Source: Podarcis filfolensis (taxonomy: Eukaryota). Taken from it: a stretch of 64,000 nt of DNA. Below, in pieces: positions 1 through 10,421 of this stretch. Each line of letters starts with the position of its first letter. Position 1 is the stretch's first letter. The translations under genes were made by a program, and so were the position numbers. The DNA is taken from assembly GCA_964270895.1 (NCBI GenBank), contig OZ185435.1; one strand, written 5' to 3'. The notes below the pieces were generated by a model. The model searched no databases, was not told the DNA's origin, and was given only the letters and a program-made list of their open reading frames with translations.

Positions 1-581
1 GAAAAAGCCAAGAATTTCTGATAAATTGTGGGGAATCTCTTCCCCCCCCAAACCAGGAAGTTCAGGGATAAAGGACTGTAGAGTTGTTGTATCTCATGTC
101 TTTGTCTTCTTCCACGTATATAAGAATAAAGGGTGGGCTGCCTTTAGTTTAAGATATTGTCTCCCTTTGTGAATATTTTTTCCTTCTGCTGTATAATGCA
201 TCCCCCTCTGTTGCTATAGTCTTGCTCACACTTCATAAAAGCCTACGCATATGCTAAATTCTCAAGCCCAGCTGTGTGCAAATTATCTGAGTGATATTGA
301 AAAATTAGCATTAACAAACCATTTGTAAATGCTAAACCTAGGAGAGAATGGAACTCTTGGATGACATGCAAGAATCACTTGGTAAAGTTCCAAGTCCTGT
401 GCCATATCAAGCAAAATCTAAAAATATCCTCTCTGTATTTATGTGAAGCAAGCAAACATTTTGTTCTGCTGTAGGAAATAAACAGGGAGAGTCTCAAGAG
501 ACACTCCTATGAGGCTGGGGGACATGAAACAACCATTTTGACGTCACAAATTACAATCTCCTATAGCCCATATTTCCAGAT

Positions 582-582
<1 letters not shown>

Positions 583-618
<36 letters not shown>
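583..618. repeat. (CA)18 microsatellite
   Basis: Direct reading. Confidence 0.98.
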
Positions 619-621
<3 letters not shown>

Positions 622-980
622 TGCTAGCACTATGTTACAAGAGTCTAAGAGCCAAAAGAAGCAGTGGTAGATTAAAGAACATGAGGACTCTATGCAGACT
701 TAATATACATTATTTCATGTATGGGAGCCATTACCAAGAAATCCCTGCTAATGATAGCTGCACCAAAGATCTCAACTGGTAGCACCATGAGCAGAGTGCC
801 CACCCACCCATCACCCACCACCATTGCAGCAGTTCTCAAAGCACAGGTTGGTTTTATCAAGAGATGCATTCCTTGTTTGTATGATGCATATGGGGTTGGG
901 GGGGGGGACAAAATCTTCAATAAACTGTATATTAAAATAATAATTGCCTTAAGTAGAGGGTATTTTTTGGGGGGGGGGAA

Positions 981-1059
981 ATCTGAAACTGATTTAATGC
1001 ATAAACTGAAAGGTGTGATCTGAAACTGATTTAAATGCATACACTGAAAAGTGTGATCT
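981..1059. repeat. Tandem duplication of a 37-38 bp unit
   Basis: atctgaaactgatttaatgcataaactgaaaggtgtg followed by a near-identical copy. Confidence 0.9.
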
Positions 1060-1617
1060 TAGGCTGTGTGCTTTTAGACTAACAGATTAGACTAACAAGA
1101 AGAGTGTACTGGGGAAGTGACAGCAGCCTTCCCAAACGCAATCTGAACTGCGCAAAACTACACATAACAAACAATTCCAAAGGTGAGACGATATTACAGA
1201 GACTACTGGGGTGGGGATGGGGATGAGCTTGCACTGACCAGCAGCGCAAACTGAATATTGCCTAACCAGCAAGGACTGGTAGTCCCTATAAACATCTTGC
1301 TCAAGTTTCATCTCTATTCTACCTAGAAAAAGCTGTACATCCTGTTCAGATAATGTTTTGGATTCCAATTGGGTTTGTTTGAGATATCTAAACATGTAGC
1401 AGCCCTCCAAAAGGCTATGGTTCACACCAGCTGGGTTCTGTCCCAAGCAGCATTTTAAACTTGTGAACTCTCTCTCCTTGGCTTTTTGCTTATTTTCACT
1501 CCCTAAAGGTCAGTAGTAGCACATATTTTGGGAAGTACTGGAAATGCAGGACCTCTGCACAGTTATGGAGCAGTGCCTAAATGCTTACTGGGGTAGCAGG
1601 AGACAAGTATCTGGGGG

Positions 1618-1749
1618 TAGAGATGAGGAACATCCAGATGTTGCTGGACTCCAGCTCCCATCAGCCCCAGTCAGTGTGGCCAGTGGGTCAGGGATGGTGG
1701 GAGTTGGAGTCCAACAACATCTGGGGGGGTTACATGTTCTCCAGTCCTA
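1618..1749. mobile_element. Palindromic MITE of the ccagatgttgctggactcc family
   Basis: Inverted arms ccagatgttgctggactcc / ggagtccaacaacatctgg; further relatives at about 40791-40905, 49852-49987 and 55308-55450. Confidence 0.75.
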
Positions 1750-2200
1750 CATTAGAGGCAAACGGCACACAAAGTTGAGTTGTAATACAGTGCTTGCATC
1801 CCTGTTTTAATTTCTTTGTACAAAATGGGGCTGCAGAAGACCCATATTAAAGAAGGGGGCCTTTCAGTTTAACCATTTCCAGTTTACTCATGACTTTTGG
1901 AAAGCTGGTGGGTAAAATTTTCAACATATAACTATCAGAGATCAAAGGGTTAAAAAACCACTCTCCCCCCGACATCTTACATGTGTTTTCTGCTGCGACT
2001 GCAGAATTTACAGCTTCATACAGTGCTTAACATCTCAGGGACTCAGTTTCATGAATAGTTTAGTTCTCACTTTGCAGCAATAGATTGTTGTTGCTGTAGT
2101 AGTTGTAGGCAGAAAGGAAACGAGATCACTAATTTGCTTGTGATGCAACAAAATGTTGCCTAAAAATGCTGCCTACAAGGATGTGACATACACCTGTAGC

Positions 2201-2240
2201 TCATACCTTCTCATACCTTCTCATACCTTCTCATACCTTC
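2201..2240. repeat. (TCATACCTTC)4 tandem repeat
   Basis: Four exact 10-bp copies. Confidence 0.97.
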
Positions 2241-3254
2241 AAAAAGTTCTTTTGAGGTTCAAACCCAGCTCTGGGATATGGTGAGGTGCAAAATTTAACA
2301 AACAGACAAATGAAGAGCACTAAATATTATTCCAGCGTCAACCCAGTCACTTCTGTATCAGAAGGAAAGAAGGAGAAAGGGAAGAAAGGAGAATAGGAAA
2401 GGGATCCTCTGTGGCACTAAGTAATGTGGTATGTAAGTATGTAAGCATGACTAGAAGAAGCAAAATGCCTTTGCAAAATTCAGGCTTTACCTTTGTGGCA
2501 AATGTATACCTCTGGTCCCATGTCAACCTGAAAATGGTTAGCACCACCTGCCAGGTGAAGGTAGCATGAGGAGCAACCATGTAATTGTGTCTATGCCTCA
2601 AGGTTCCTGTTTTCATATGTCCACAGATTAGCCTGAGATTTGATTTATCTGGATTTTGTTCCCATGCTGGACAGATAACGTTTCTATCAGGCATCCAGCT
2701 GCAGTCCTATGCAGTTACTTGGAAAGATGTCCCCTTGAACTCAACAGGGATTACGTCTATGTATACTTGCATAGGAATGCACTGCTCATCTCACACGATA
2801 TTCAGAAATGATACTCAGAATCGTAATTCACCGAGATTGATGCAATCTCCAAAAATGCCACCTCTGCCACCAGTAAATGTCAAAATAATGACACTTATAA
2901 ATAGTTTGGCAGAAGTGGCTCAGGAAATCTGCTTTTTTTGCAAGAAATTCTAAAGGAGAAATGTCTTTGTATTAGCACACATGTATCAGGGAAGCTGGAC
3001 CTATTGTTATTAGAAAAGTAAGCAACTCCTTGCTAATGTCTTTGCTCTCATTTATTTGCAGTTTCCATGTAAAGCAGCTCTAGGGCAATCTGTGGTGCAG
3101 CAAAATTCTGCGAGGGAAATGTTTTGGTCTTCAACTCTTCTGACCACACACAAGCCCAGCAGCTTCCTTGTGGCCACTGGGACTAACAGTGGCCTGCTGG
3201 CATATTGTTGTTTGCCAAATAGTTCATATAAAATGAAAACAATTCCCTCCTTAC

Positions 3255-3290
3255 CTTCATCAGATTCAACTACTGTCTCCCCATCTAGTT
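3255..3290 (-). CDS. TNS1: Tensin-1 36-nt microexon: (E)LDGETVVESDE
   Basis: Acceptor catgcttgcccctcag|AA CTA; donor GAA G|gtaagg; symmetric phase 1/1; resembles ELEGEAGADSEE of chicken tensin as I recall it, at the same position before EPRSY. Confidence 0.85.
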
Positions 3291-3829
3291 CTGAGGGGCA
3301 AGCATGGAAGAAATAAGTGTTTGGGAAGGAAAAGATGGACAATGGCAAGGTAATGAAAATGGAGAGAAGGAGGAGACATACAAAGAAAAGAGAGAGAGAG
3401 AGATTAGCAGGATTTCTTATGTTAAGCAACTGTAAACATCAGAAGAGGTTGTTTCTGGTCTAAATCATGACCAATGTGAACCACCATAAACACCACAAAT
3501 CTACGTTTAAGGTTCCCGAATGCCTGAAAACAATTATTAGGAACTGGCCTTTTAAAAAAGGAACTCTGTACCGCTCTTCAACCAACTCAGAGACCTAGCG
3601 CTTAGCCTGAGAGTCAGAAGAAAATGAAAAGAAAGAGCCTATTTAGTCTCTAAGATGGCACATATCTAGATTTTTACACTATAGCCCCTTTCAGCCAGGT
3701 GTTCATATTCTGCAGATAAAAGCAATAAATGTTTAGAGACATTTGGGAAACCAACAGGCATAACCACACAAGATTTGGCTTTGAAAGAGGATTAGTCAAA
3801 TTCATGGAGAAGGCTATCAAAGAGAAGGC

Positions 3830-4020
3830 AATCCAACCTTCCCAGTTGGAGGCAGTAACGCTTCTGAATACCAGTTGTTGGAAACCATGGGCAGGGAGAG
3901 TGCTCTTGTGCTCACGTTCTGCTCCCTGGTTCCCAGAGGCATCTGGTTGGCCACTGTGAGAACAGGATGCTGGACTAGGTGAGCCATTGATTTGATCCAG
4001 CAGGCTATTATTAAGATATT
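3830..4020 (+). mobile_element. Squamate LINE 3'-UTR fragment (L2/CR1 group)
   Basis: ttggccactgtgagaacaggatgctggactag...gatccagcaggct tail; relatives at 21134-21320 (-) and about 25290-25425 (+). Confidence 0.6.
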
Positions 4021-5131
4021 GCTAGAGCAAGAGACCCAGTTGCTTAAATCACAGAAAATACATACAAGGAGAGGTGGAAGTGAGATGACACCAAGTGTTA
4101 TTCCACACATTCCAGTGAATTTTCCATCGCTTTCTTTATCGCATACAGCCCAGTCTTTTGGAGAAGCGAGTATATTGTGCAAGACCTCCCAATTAACTAT
4201 AATTGCACATCCTGAATTTATGGGCATGTGAGTGAATCCTGACTGGGGGGGAAAGCAACAATATCACCTCATGGGGGAGAGTGCTTGTTTAAAAATGTTC
4301 CGATGCCAAGGATCTCTCTACACATGGAACATTTATGAGTCAAACGGAAGGCTTCTAGCCTAGAGTCCCCACCTCCACCCCATGCAAGCTCTGAGATGCA
4401 ACATTCATGAAAACAACTGTCCAATCTGCTCCAATGAATGCCTCCTCATACTGGACATGTGCAAAGCCTGATAGCTTCCCATTACGCAATACACTGATCG
4501 TGGTCTCTAGTATTAACTACAAGACTCTTACTCTGCAGTTGTTGTTCTTAAAAGGACTGATATGTTCAATAGCCTTCTATGGCATGAAGTACTGTCCATA
4601 AAGTGGCTGATTATACTGATGGATGGATAATCTTGAAAAAATGCATTTCAGGCTTGCTTAGGACTCAGTTTCTACTTTTCCTAATCAGCTTCAGCTTGAG
4701 CCAGGTTAGCAAGTTCATGCTTGTGAAAAAATCTGTAGCAGGCAGCTCACATGCTTATGTAAACCTCTGCAAATATTGACTCTGCACCTGAATATTCGGT
4801 TTAGACTGTAAACTGACATGATTGGGGCTCATTCCCTACCCTTCCGCTGTGGGAGTTTATCTCACATCTCCTAGTTTGCTTCTTGATTGCAATCACTATC
4901 ATTCCTGTGACAGTTTGTCATAATATGTTTATTATTCTTACCCTTCAGGAATCCCAGTTCAGTTTACATGGCTGCCCCACCCCAGCAGGCAGCTCCGCTA
5001 TCAAGCCACTGGCAAGTGTAAAACTTACTCAATTTTAAAAATGTAGAAGCATTCTGGGGCCTTAACATTTTATGTTAAAGAGTGGGATGACATATATTCC
5101 ACTGGAGCAATTGAAACTAAGCAGCATATTT

Positions 5132-5275
5132 CAAAATAAATTTTAAAAAATGTCCAGTAGCACCTTAGAGACCAACTAAGAGACCAGCTCTAAGGTGCTA
5201 CTGGACAATTTTTTAAATTTTATATTTTTTTTATATTTCGACTTCATCAGACCAACATGGCTACCTACCTGAATC
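5132..5275. mobile_element. Penelope-like element terminal fragment with inverted duplication
   Basis: ctctaaggtgctactggac...cagaccaacatggctacctacctgaatc resembles reptile Penelope pseudo-LTR ends; 33-bp inverted arms; 10-bp flanking repeat cagcatattt (5122-5131, 5276-5285). Confidence 0.75.
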
Positions 5276-6351
5276 CAGCATATTTTACTTACTGCAACAA
5301 GCACTTAAGATCTGTGTAATTACAAAGACTGTAACAACACTGAATATTATATGCAGCGTCACACTGAATAATCCTACAATTTATAATCTGCATGTAAGTG
5401 TAAATCCCCAGATATGGAAATTTGAGAGATGCCATTCCTTTTAAAATTAAATATATGTGCCTCAAATCTGCAAGGAAGAGTTACATATGGAAGACTGCAT
5501 TTGTGACTTCATCTGTATCCCCAATGGAATACTTATTTGAGCCACAGTGAATGATCTGTTTGTGTCTTTTGCAGCATATGGGGATGTGGTTCCCTATCCA
5601 GACGCCACTAGTTATTACATGCAATTAGTTGCAGTTTATTTGAATTGGATAAGGGCCATAGAAGATTCACACTTGATTGAATTTGTACTGAAAAACTGTA
5701 GCCAGACTTTCATACTCAGTGCAAACTGCAGAATGTGCCTCCAAAATTTGAGCCTTATGGTTGAAATCCAACTTCTGCGACATTTGGAATCCAAGATAGA
5801 CAAAAAGAAGAAGTTCAAATCAGATTTGTACCTTTTTTTCAAATCTGCCTCAGCCCTATAAATAAGATTTATCTCTCCTTGTCATCCATAATTAAAAATG
5901 ATGAATGAAAATGAACAGGAGGCTCATTATACAAGCAACTTAAGGCTGTACATTAAAAATACAAAATTGGCAAGAGCAGAACTGAGGAAAGGAAGCACTT
6001 TTCTAGAGCACAGAAAATGATGCTGGCTGATGGAAATCACCACCTTAAGGCAATATCAAGGTCTGGGCTTGGTAAGATTTGAAAAGTGATTGTGAGAACA
6101 GCAATGCCATTTGCTAAAACAACTGATGCCGTGTAACTAAAGGAATAAAATATATGCTTATACTCCAGAGCTAAAATCTATTTTAAAGTCTGTGTGCAGT
6201 GGGTATCTTTAAAACTACTTAATACAAACTTCATGGGCCTTCTATCTTGGCAACAGGACCGTGGGCTGTACAAAAGACTTAGCATAATATCCAATGATGC
6301 TGCCATTCTCCATAGTACCAGTCTCTCCATCACTATACTACTCTTGCTTAC

Positions 6352-6444
6352 CTCCTGTTTGCTGCAACAAGATCTCTGCTGGGTTGTGAGGTTTTAGGCC
6401 CAGTGCTGAAAGCGGAGTTTTAGCCAGTCCTGGTGGAGAGCGCA
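6352..6444 (-). CDS. TNS1: Tensin-1 coding exon: (V)[30 protein letters not shown]
   Basis: 93 nt, phase 1/1; acceptor tttttgacaacag|TG CGC; donor GGA G|gtaagc; near-identical to the TNS1 [22 protein letters not shown] block. Below the ORF-track threshold, found by eye. Confidence 0.95.
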
Positions 6445-7082
6445 CTGTTGTCAAAAATACAGAGAGCGAAAGAAATGCATCAACAAAACAGAACATAAAA
6501 GGGTGGATTAAATGTAAAGGAGAAGAAATCCAGGCATTTCCAGGTTTGTTTTTAAATACCAGTTTATAGCTAAACAGGGTTGTAACTGAATCCTAGCTAT
6601 ATACATGTATGGCTGGAAATACTCAGGGTGATGGGTGTGCTGAAACCACAGGAATGTAGCTGCCAGTAGCAGGCCCCCCGTCTCAGACAGCTTCTCCGAT
6701 GAGAAGAGACAAAGATTGCCCTCTCTGCAGTAGTGTGTGATTTCTTAAGGCAAGTGGAGCAGTGGATCTACAAAATGGAAGGCTGAGGCACTTAGGGCTC
6801 CATCCAGACGTGCACTTGTCCCATGTCTAGAAAAGCATGGGTCTGAGCATTTCCCCCATTGCCTCACCACTTTCCCCTAGAAAACCCATTCTTTAGTGAA
6901 AAATCAGAAGAAACGTCAATCCAGAGAAAACCTGGTTGATGTTTGCTCTGATTCAGTGGCAAAGACTGGGTTTCCTCAGGGGAAAGATTGGCAAGCTCTT
7001 CCAGCAATGTTAACTCTCAAAGGTTTGCATGTAGCTGAGAGGACTCTTTTACACCATCCCCAAACAGGACCACCTGTTAGAG

Positions 7083-7218
7083 CAGACATAGGCAAACTCG
7101 GCCCTCCAGATGTTTTGGGACTACAACTCCCATCATCCCTAGCTAACAGGACCAGTGGTCAGGGATGATAGGAGTTGCAGTCCCAAAACATCTGGAGGAC
7201 CGAGTTTGCCTATGCCTT
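7083..7218. mobile_element. Palindromic hAT-type MITE (about 135 bp)
   Basis: Arms ca[g]acataggcaaactcgg...ccgagtttgcctatgcct; 8-bp flanks tgttagag/tgctggag (6/8); nearly identical to 62728-62862. Confidence 0.85.
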
Positions 7219-10171
7219 TGCTGGAGCTACAGCAACTCTACAGCCAATTCTAACACCTTGCTTTGTGTTTGCACCAAACTACTAAACTCAGCACTAGTCA
7301 AAGACATTTGTTATCTCTCAAGTTATTAATGTGCCCAGCATTGACTACAGTTAATATGTGTGTGGCAAGCAAGGTTGGCTGTTGTTGTTTTAAGTAGCTT
7401 TTGTGGACAACTTACTTCACACTGATAATGTTTTCAGCGGGTCAGATCCATATTTCAAGAAAATCGTGCCCCCAGCTTCTCCAGCTTAAATCTTGGCCTG
7501 ACATTTAGCCTATTAAGTTTGCTCCAGTAGCAAGGATATAACTACAGATGTGTATTCAGATGCTGTACTGTGCCTGTGATGAAGCAGCAACCAGTCAAAG
7601 TCCCACTGGCAAGGAATTAGGCGCTTATGTTACATAGCAGGACTGGAGGACTGGTAACTGTCTCTGGAATGCATCTGATAATTTCACGGGACCGTGATCT
7701 TTCTGCCTCTTTTCTTCTTTGTGGAACATCCCTTAGAAAATATCTACAGGGATGACATATCCACGTTTCCATCTCCCTCTTTTCTTCAATAAATCATCAC
7801 CATCCTTCCCATTTATGGCTTTTTGTGAGGGTATAGGGTTAGTGCAGAAACTGAAACATAGCAACTTCCCATTTTCTCTTTACAAGCCCAAGAGAACAAC
7901 CCAATAGAGAGAACCTTGGTAGCAAATGACCGCAGCATCCCCATCCCATTACCAGGATGTTTGAAGAACAGCAATGAATGAATAGATAATGTATGTCATC
8001 TTATGTCAGAGTTTTTGCCACAAGGTAGAGATGGCATCTGCAAAGATCGTGATCATGAGACAAGAAGGATTTGAAACATTGCATACGAATGGCATTGTAT
8101 ATCACAATAGCATACATCATATATGTAGATGCCTATATGTATAACTTGTATATCAACAAAGCATTTGAATGATTGCATCCACATATATCTCATTTTATAT
8201 CTACCCAATCAAAAAGGAGAACAACATTTAGGACAGCCATGCATATATACACTTAATATATATATGTATACAGCAAGCAGCAATGGATGTAAATGTATAC
8301 GTGAGATGTGTTCCAAACAGCAAGTCTCACAAAAACTCCAATGTGGGTTTTTCTCCTCTTTCAGTGTACTGCTATCATTGCGAGTGATATCATATTTCAC
8401 CAGCTCCAAACAATTCAGGCTTTCTAACTTGAAACTCAAGTTCTCTTGCACAGTGGGCGTACACAGACAAATGAAGTACTATATTATCCATTAAGGAAAA
8501 ATTCAACACATTCTCCATTACTTGCATTGCAATCCTCTGACTTACAGCTTCAGATGGGCACCCTTGCCGGGGACACAGCAGGAGAAGGGAGGGAGGCAGG
8601 AGCATTAAAGGAAAGCCAGTTACCAAGAGCATATATTTCATCATGGATTAGCTAGGCTGGCTAGGATTAATGGCTCAGTACCAATGAGTGACTGGGAAAC
8701 AAGCAATTCCAAAAGCAGCTAGTCCATGTCTGGAATATCATATAGCTCAGTGCTCAACCTGCATCCACAAGAGCCTGTACAGCAGGCTCTTTGTGGGCTT
8801 TGCTGATAGCACCTCAAGTGCCTTGTTCAGCTTGCTAGCAAAGATGACAGGCATTGTTACCAAATCTGTTCACATAGTGGATCTGTAGCTGTTCTGTAGG
8901 AGAAAACTATAGAGTCACATGCTTGACTACAGTATAGAGATACCTTTGGCCCTCTAAGAATATGTAGAAGATCGAGTCTGTGGAAGGCTTTTGAAATGTC
9001 ATTCTGGCTCAACAGAACCAGAATGAATGTGCAACTCACAGCATGTCTGTACATGTGAAGCAAGAGTCAGTCACGATGAAGGCTGTAATCCCATGCACAT
9101 TTATTGGGGAGTAAATCCTACTGAAATCACTATGAATTACTTCTGAGTGAATATGTATGGGATTGAGCTGCGTGCTCCCATGAAATCAATGGGATGGCAT
9201 TTAGTCATGGCTAAATGGTGTTAATTGCTCTTGTATTCTGCAACTAAAAGTACAAAAATGTCCCTGGCAGTGGTCTCCCAAGACACTTTCTGCACTGACA
9301 GTGATGTGCTTCCCAAGCAAATTATATTTAGCCAAGAGAGGATTGTGAAGATTGGAAGTACTCTTCATCTAACCCTTGAAACAAGCACATTGAGGATGTG
9401 GCCTTTAAATATTAACATCAATGAATGAAGCTCAGCTGAAACTTGGAGGATTCCATTTTACCTATTCTTTGGGGACCTATATTAAGCTACTTCTTGCTGT
9501 TATTGATCAGGATCTCATTCACCTTAGTGTTCCATAAGCATATCTGTCACAATTCACTCTGCATTGGGAAGAAGACCGGTGTGGATGCATTTTTAAAGGC
9601 CCTGCTAAAAAATCTATGAATGATAACTGACAGTAGATATTAAAAACTGGGGTGCTAATAAGTGGGAGTACCAGTTCTTTTCTGAAATAAGAGCCAGCCT
9701 CTTCTGGAAGCAACAGTGATGCTTCCAGTTTGGATCAGAATGTTCTGAAAATTTTGGGTCTGCTACTTTTGAGATTTTTGCTGTTTCCCAGCTGCTCACT
9801 GGCCCATTGCTGTTGGTATGCACTTAGCCATGTTAGCACTGCCAGATGAAATATTGGCAGAACTGTTCAAAGCTAAATTAATTACATTTAAAAACCCACC
9901 ACCAAGTTATCAAGGGGTTAGTCATTCAGAGGCATGCTTGACTAGAAAAGTAAGGAAGACAGAGCATGCAAGAGGAAGTTAAAGACCAGGTTTTCACCCA
10001 CGGCCTCAGAAGCTGAGCTACCACAGAAATCTCAAGGCATCTGTGGATTATAAGGCCTGGGCATACAGCAACAGTATCCATGGCATAAACAGACCAGATG
10101 TGCCACAGTTAACAGCCTGGATTCCTTTTACACACTTATACTTCTAATATTTTGCTTGTGCTTCATAAGTA

Positions 10172-10421
10172 CAGTCGTACCTTGGAAGTTGAACAGAATC
10201 CATTCCAGAAGTCTGTTCGATTTCCAAAACGTTCAGAAACCCAAGCGCAGCTTCTGATTGGCTGCAGGAAGCTCCTGCGGCCAATCGGAATCCACGGAAG
10301 CCCTGTTGGACGTTTGGGTTCCAAAGAACATTTGCAAACCGGAACACTCACTTCCTGGTTTGCAGAGTTCAGGAGCCAAAACATCTGCGTACCAAGGCGT
10401 TTGGGATCCAAGGCACGACTG
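10172..10421. mobile_element. Tc1/mariner (Tigger/pogo-like) non-autonomous MITE
   Basis: TA|CAGTCGTACCTTGG ... CCAAGGCACGACTG|TA: 14-bp TIRs with one mismatch, TA duplication, internal palindrome gattggctgcagga...tcctgcggccaatc. Confidence 0.9.

Noticed and set aside
3572-3606. 35-nt AG/GT-bounded segment after a pyrimidine tract
   Set aside because: TAA immediately in frame, length not a multiple of 3, weak donor; no positive support.
5236-5250. CTGATGA-agtc-GAAA on the minus strand of the Penelope fragment, resembling a hammerhead ribozyme core (PLEs do carry hammerheads)
   Set aside because: Only 4 nt lie between the core boxes, so stem II cannot form, and I could not build stems I/III with an NUH site. 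An Infernal search with hammerhead models would settle it.
3291-6351. Orthologue of the mammalian 24-nt VTRRRIQP-type microexon
   Set aside because: I scanned the donor-like sites in this intron and found no AG...GT pair giving such a peptide.
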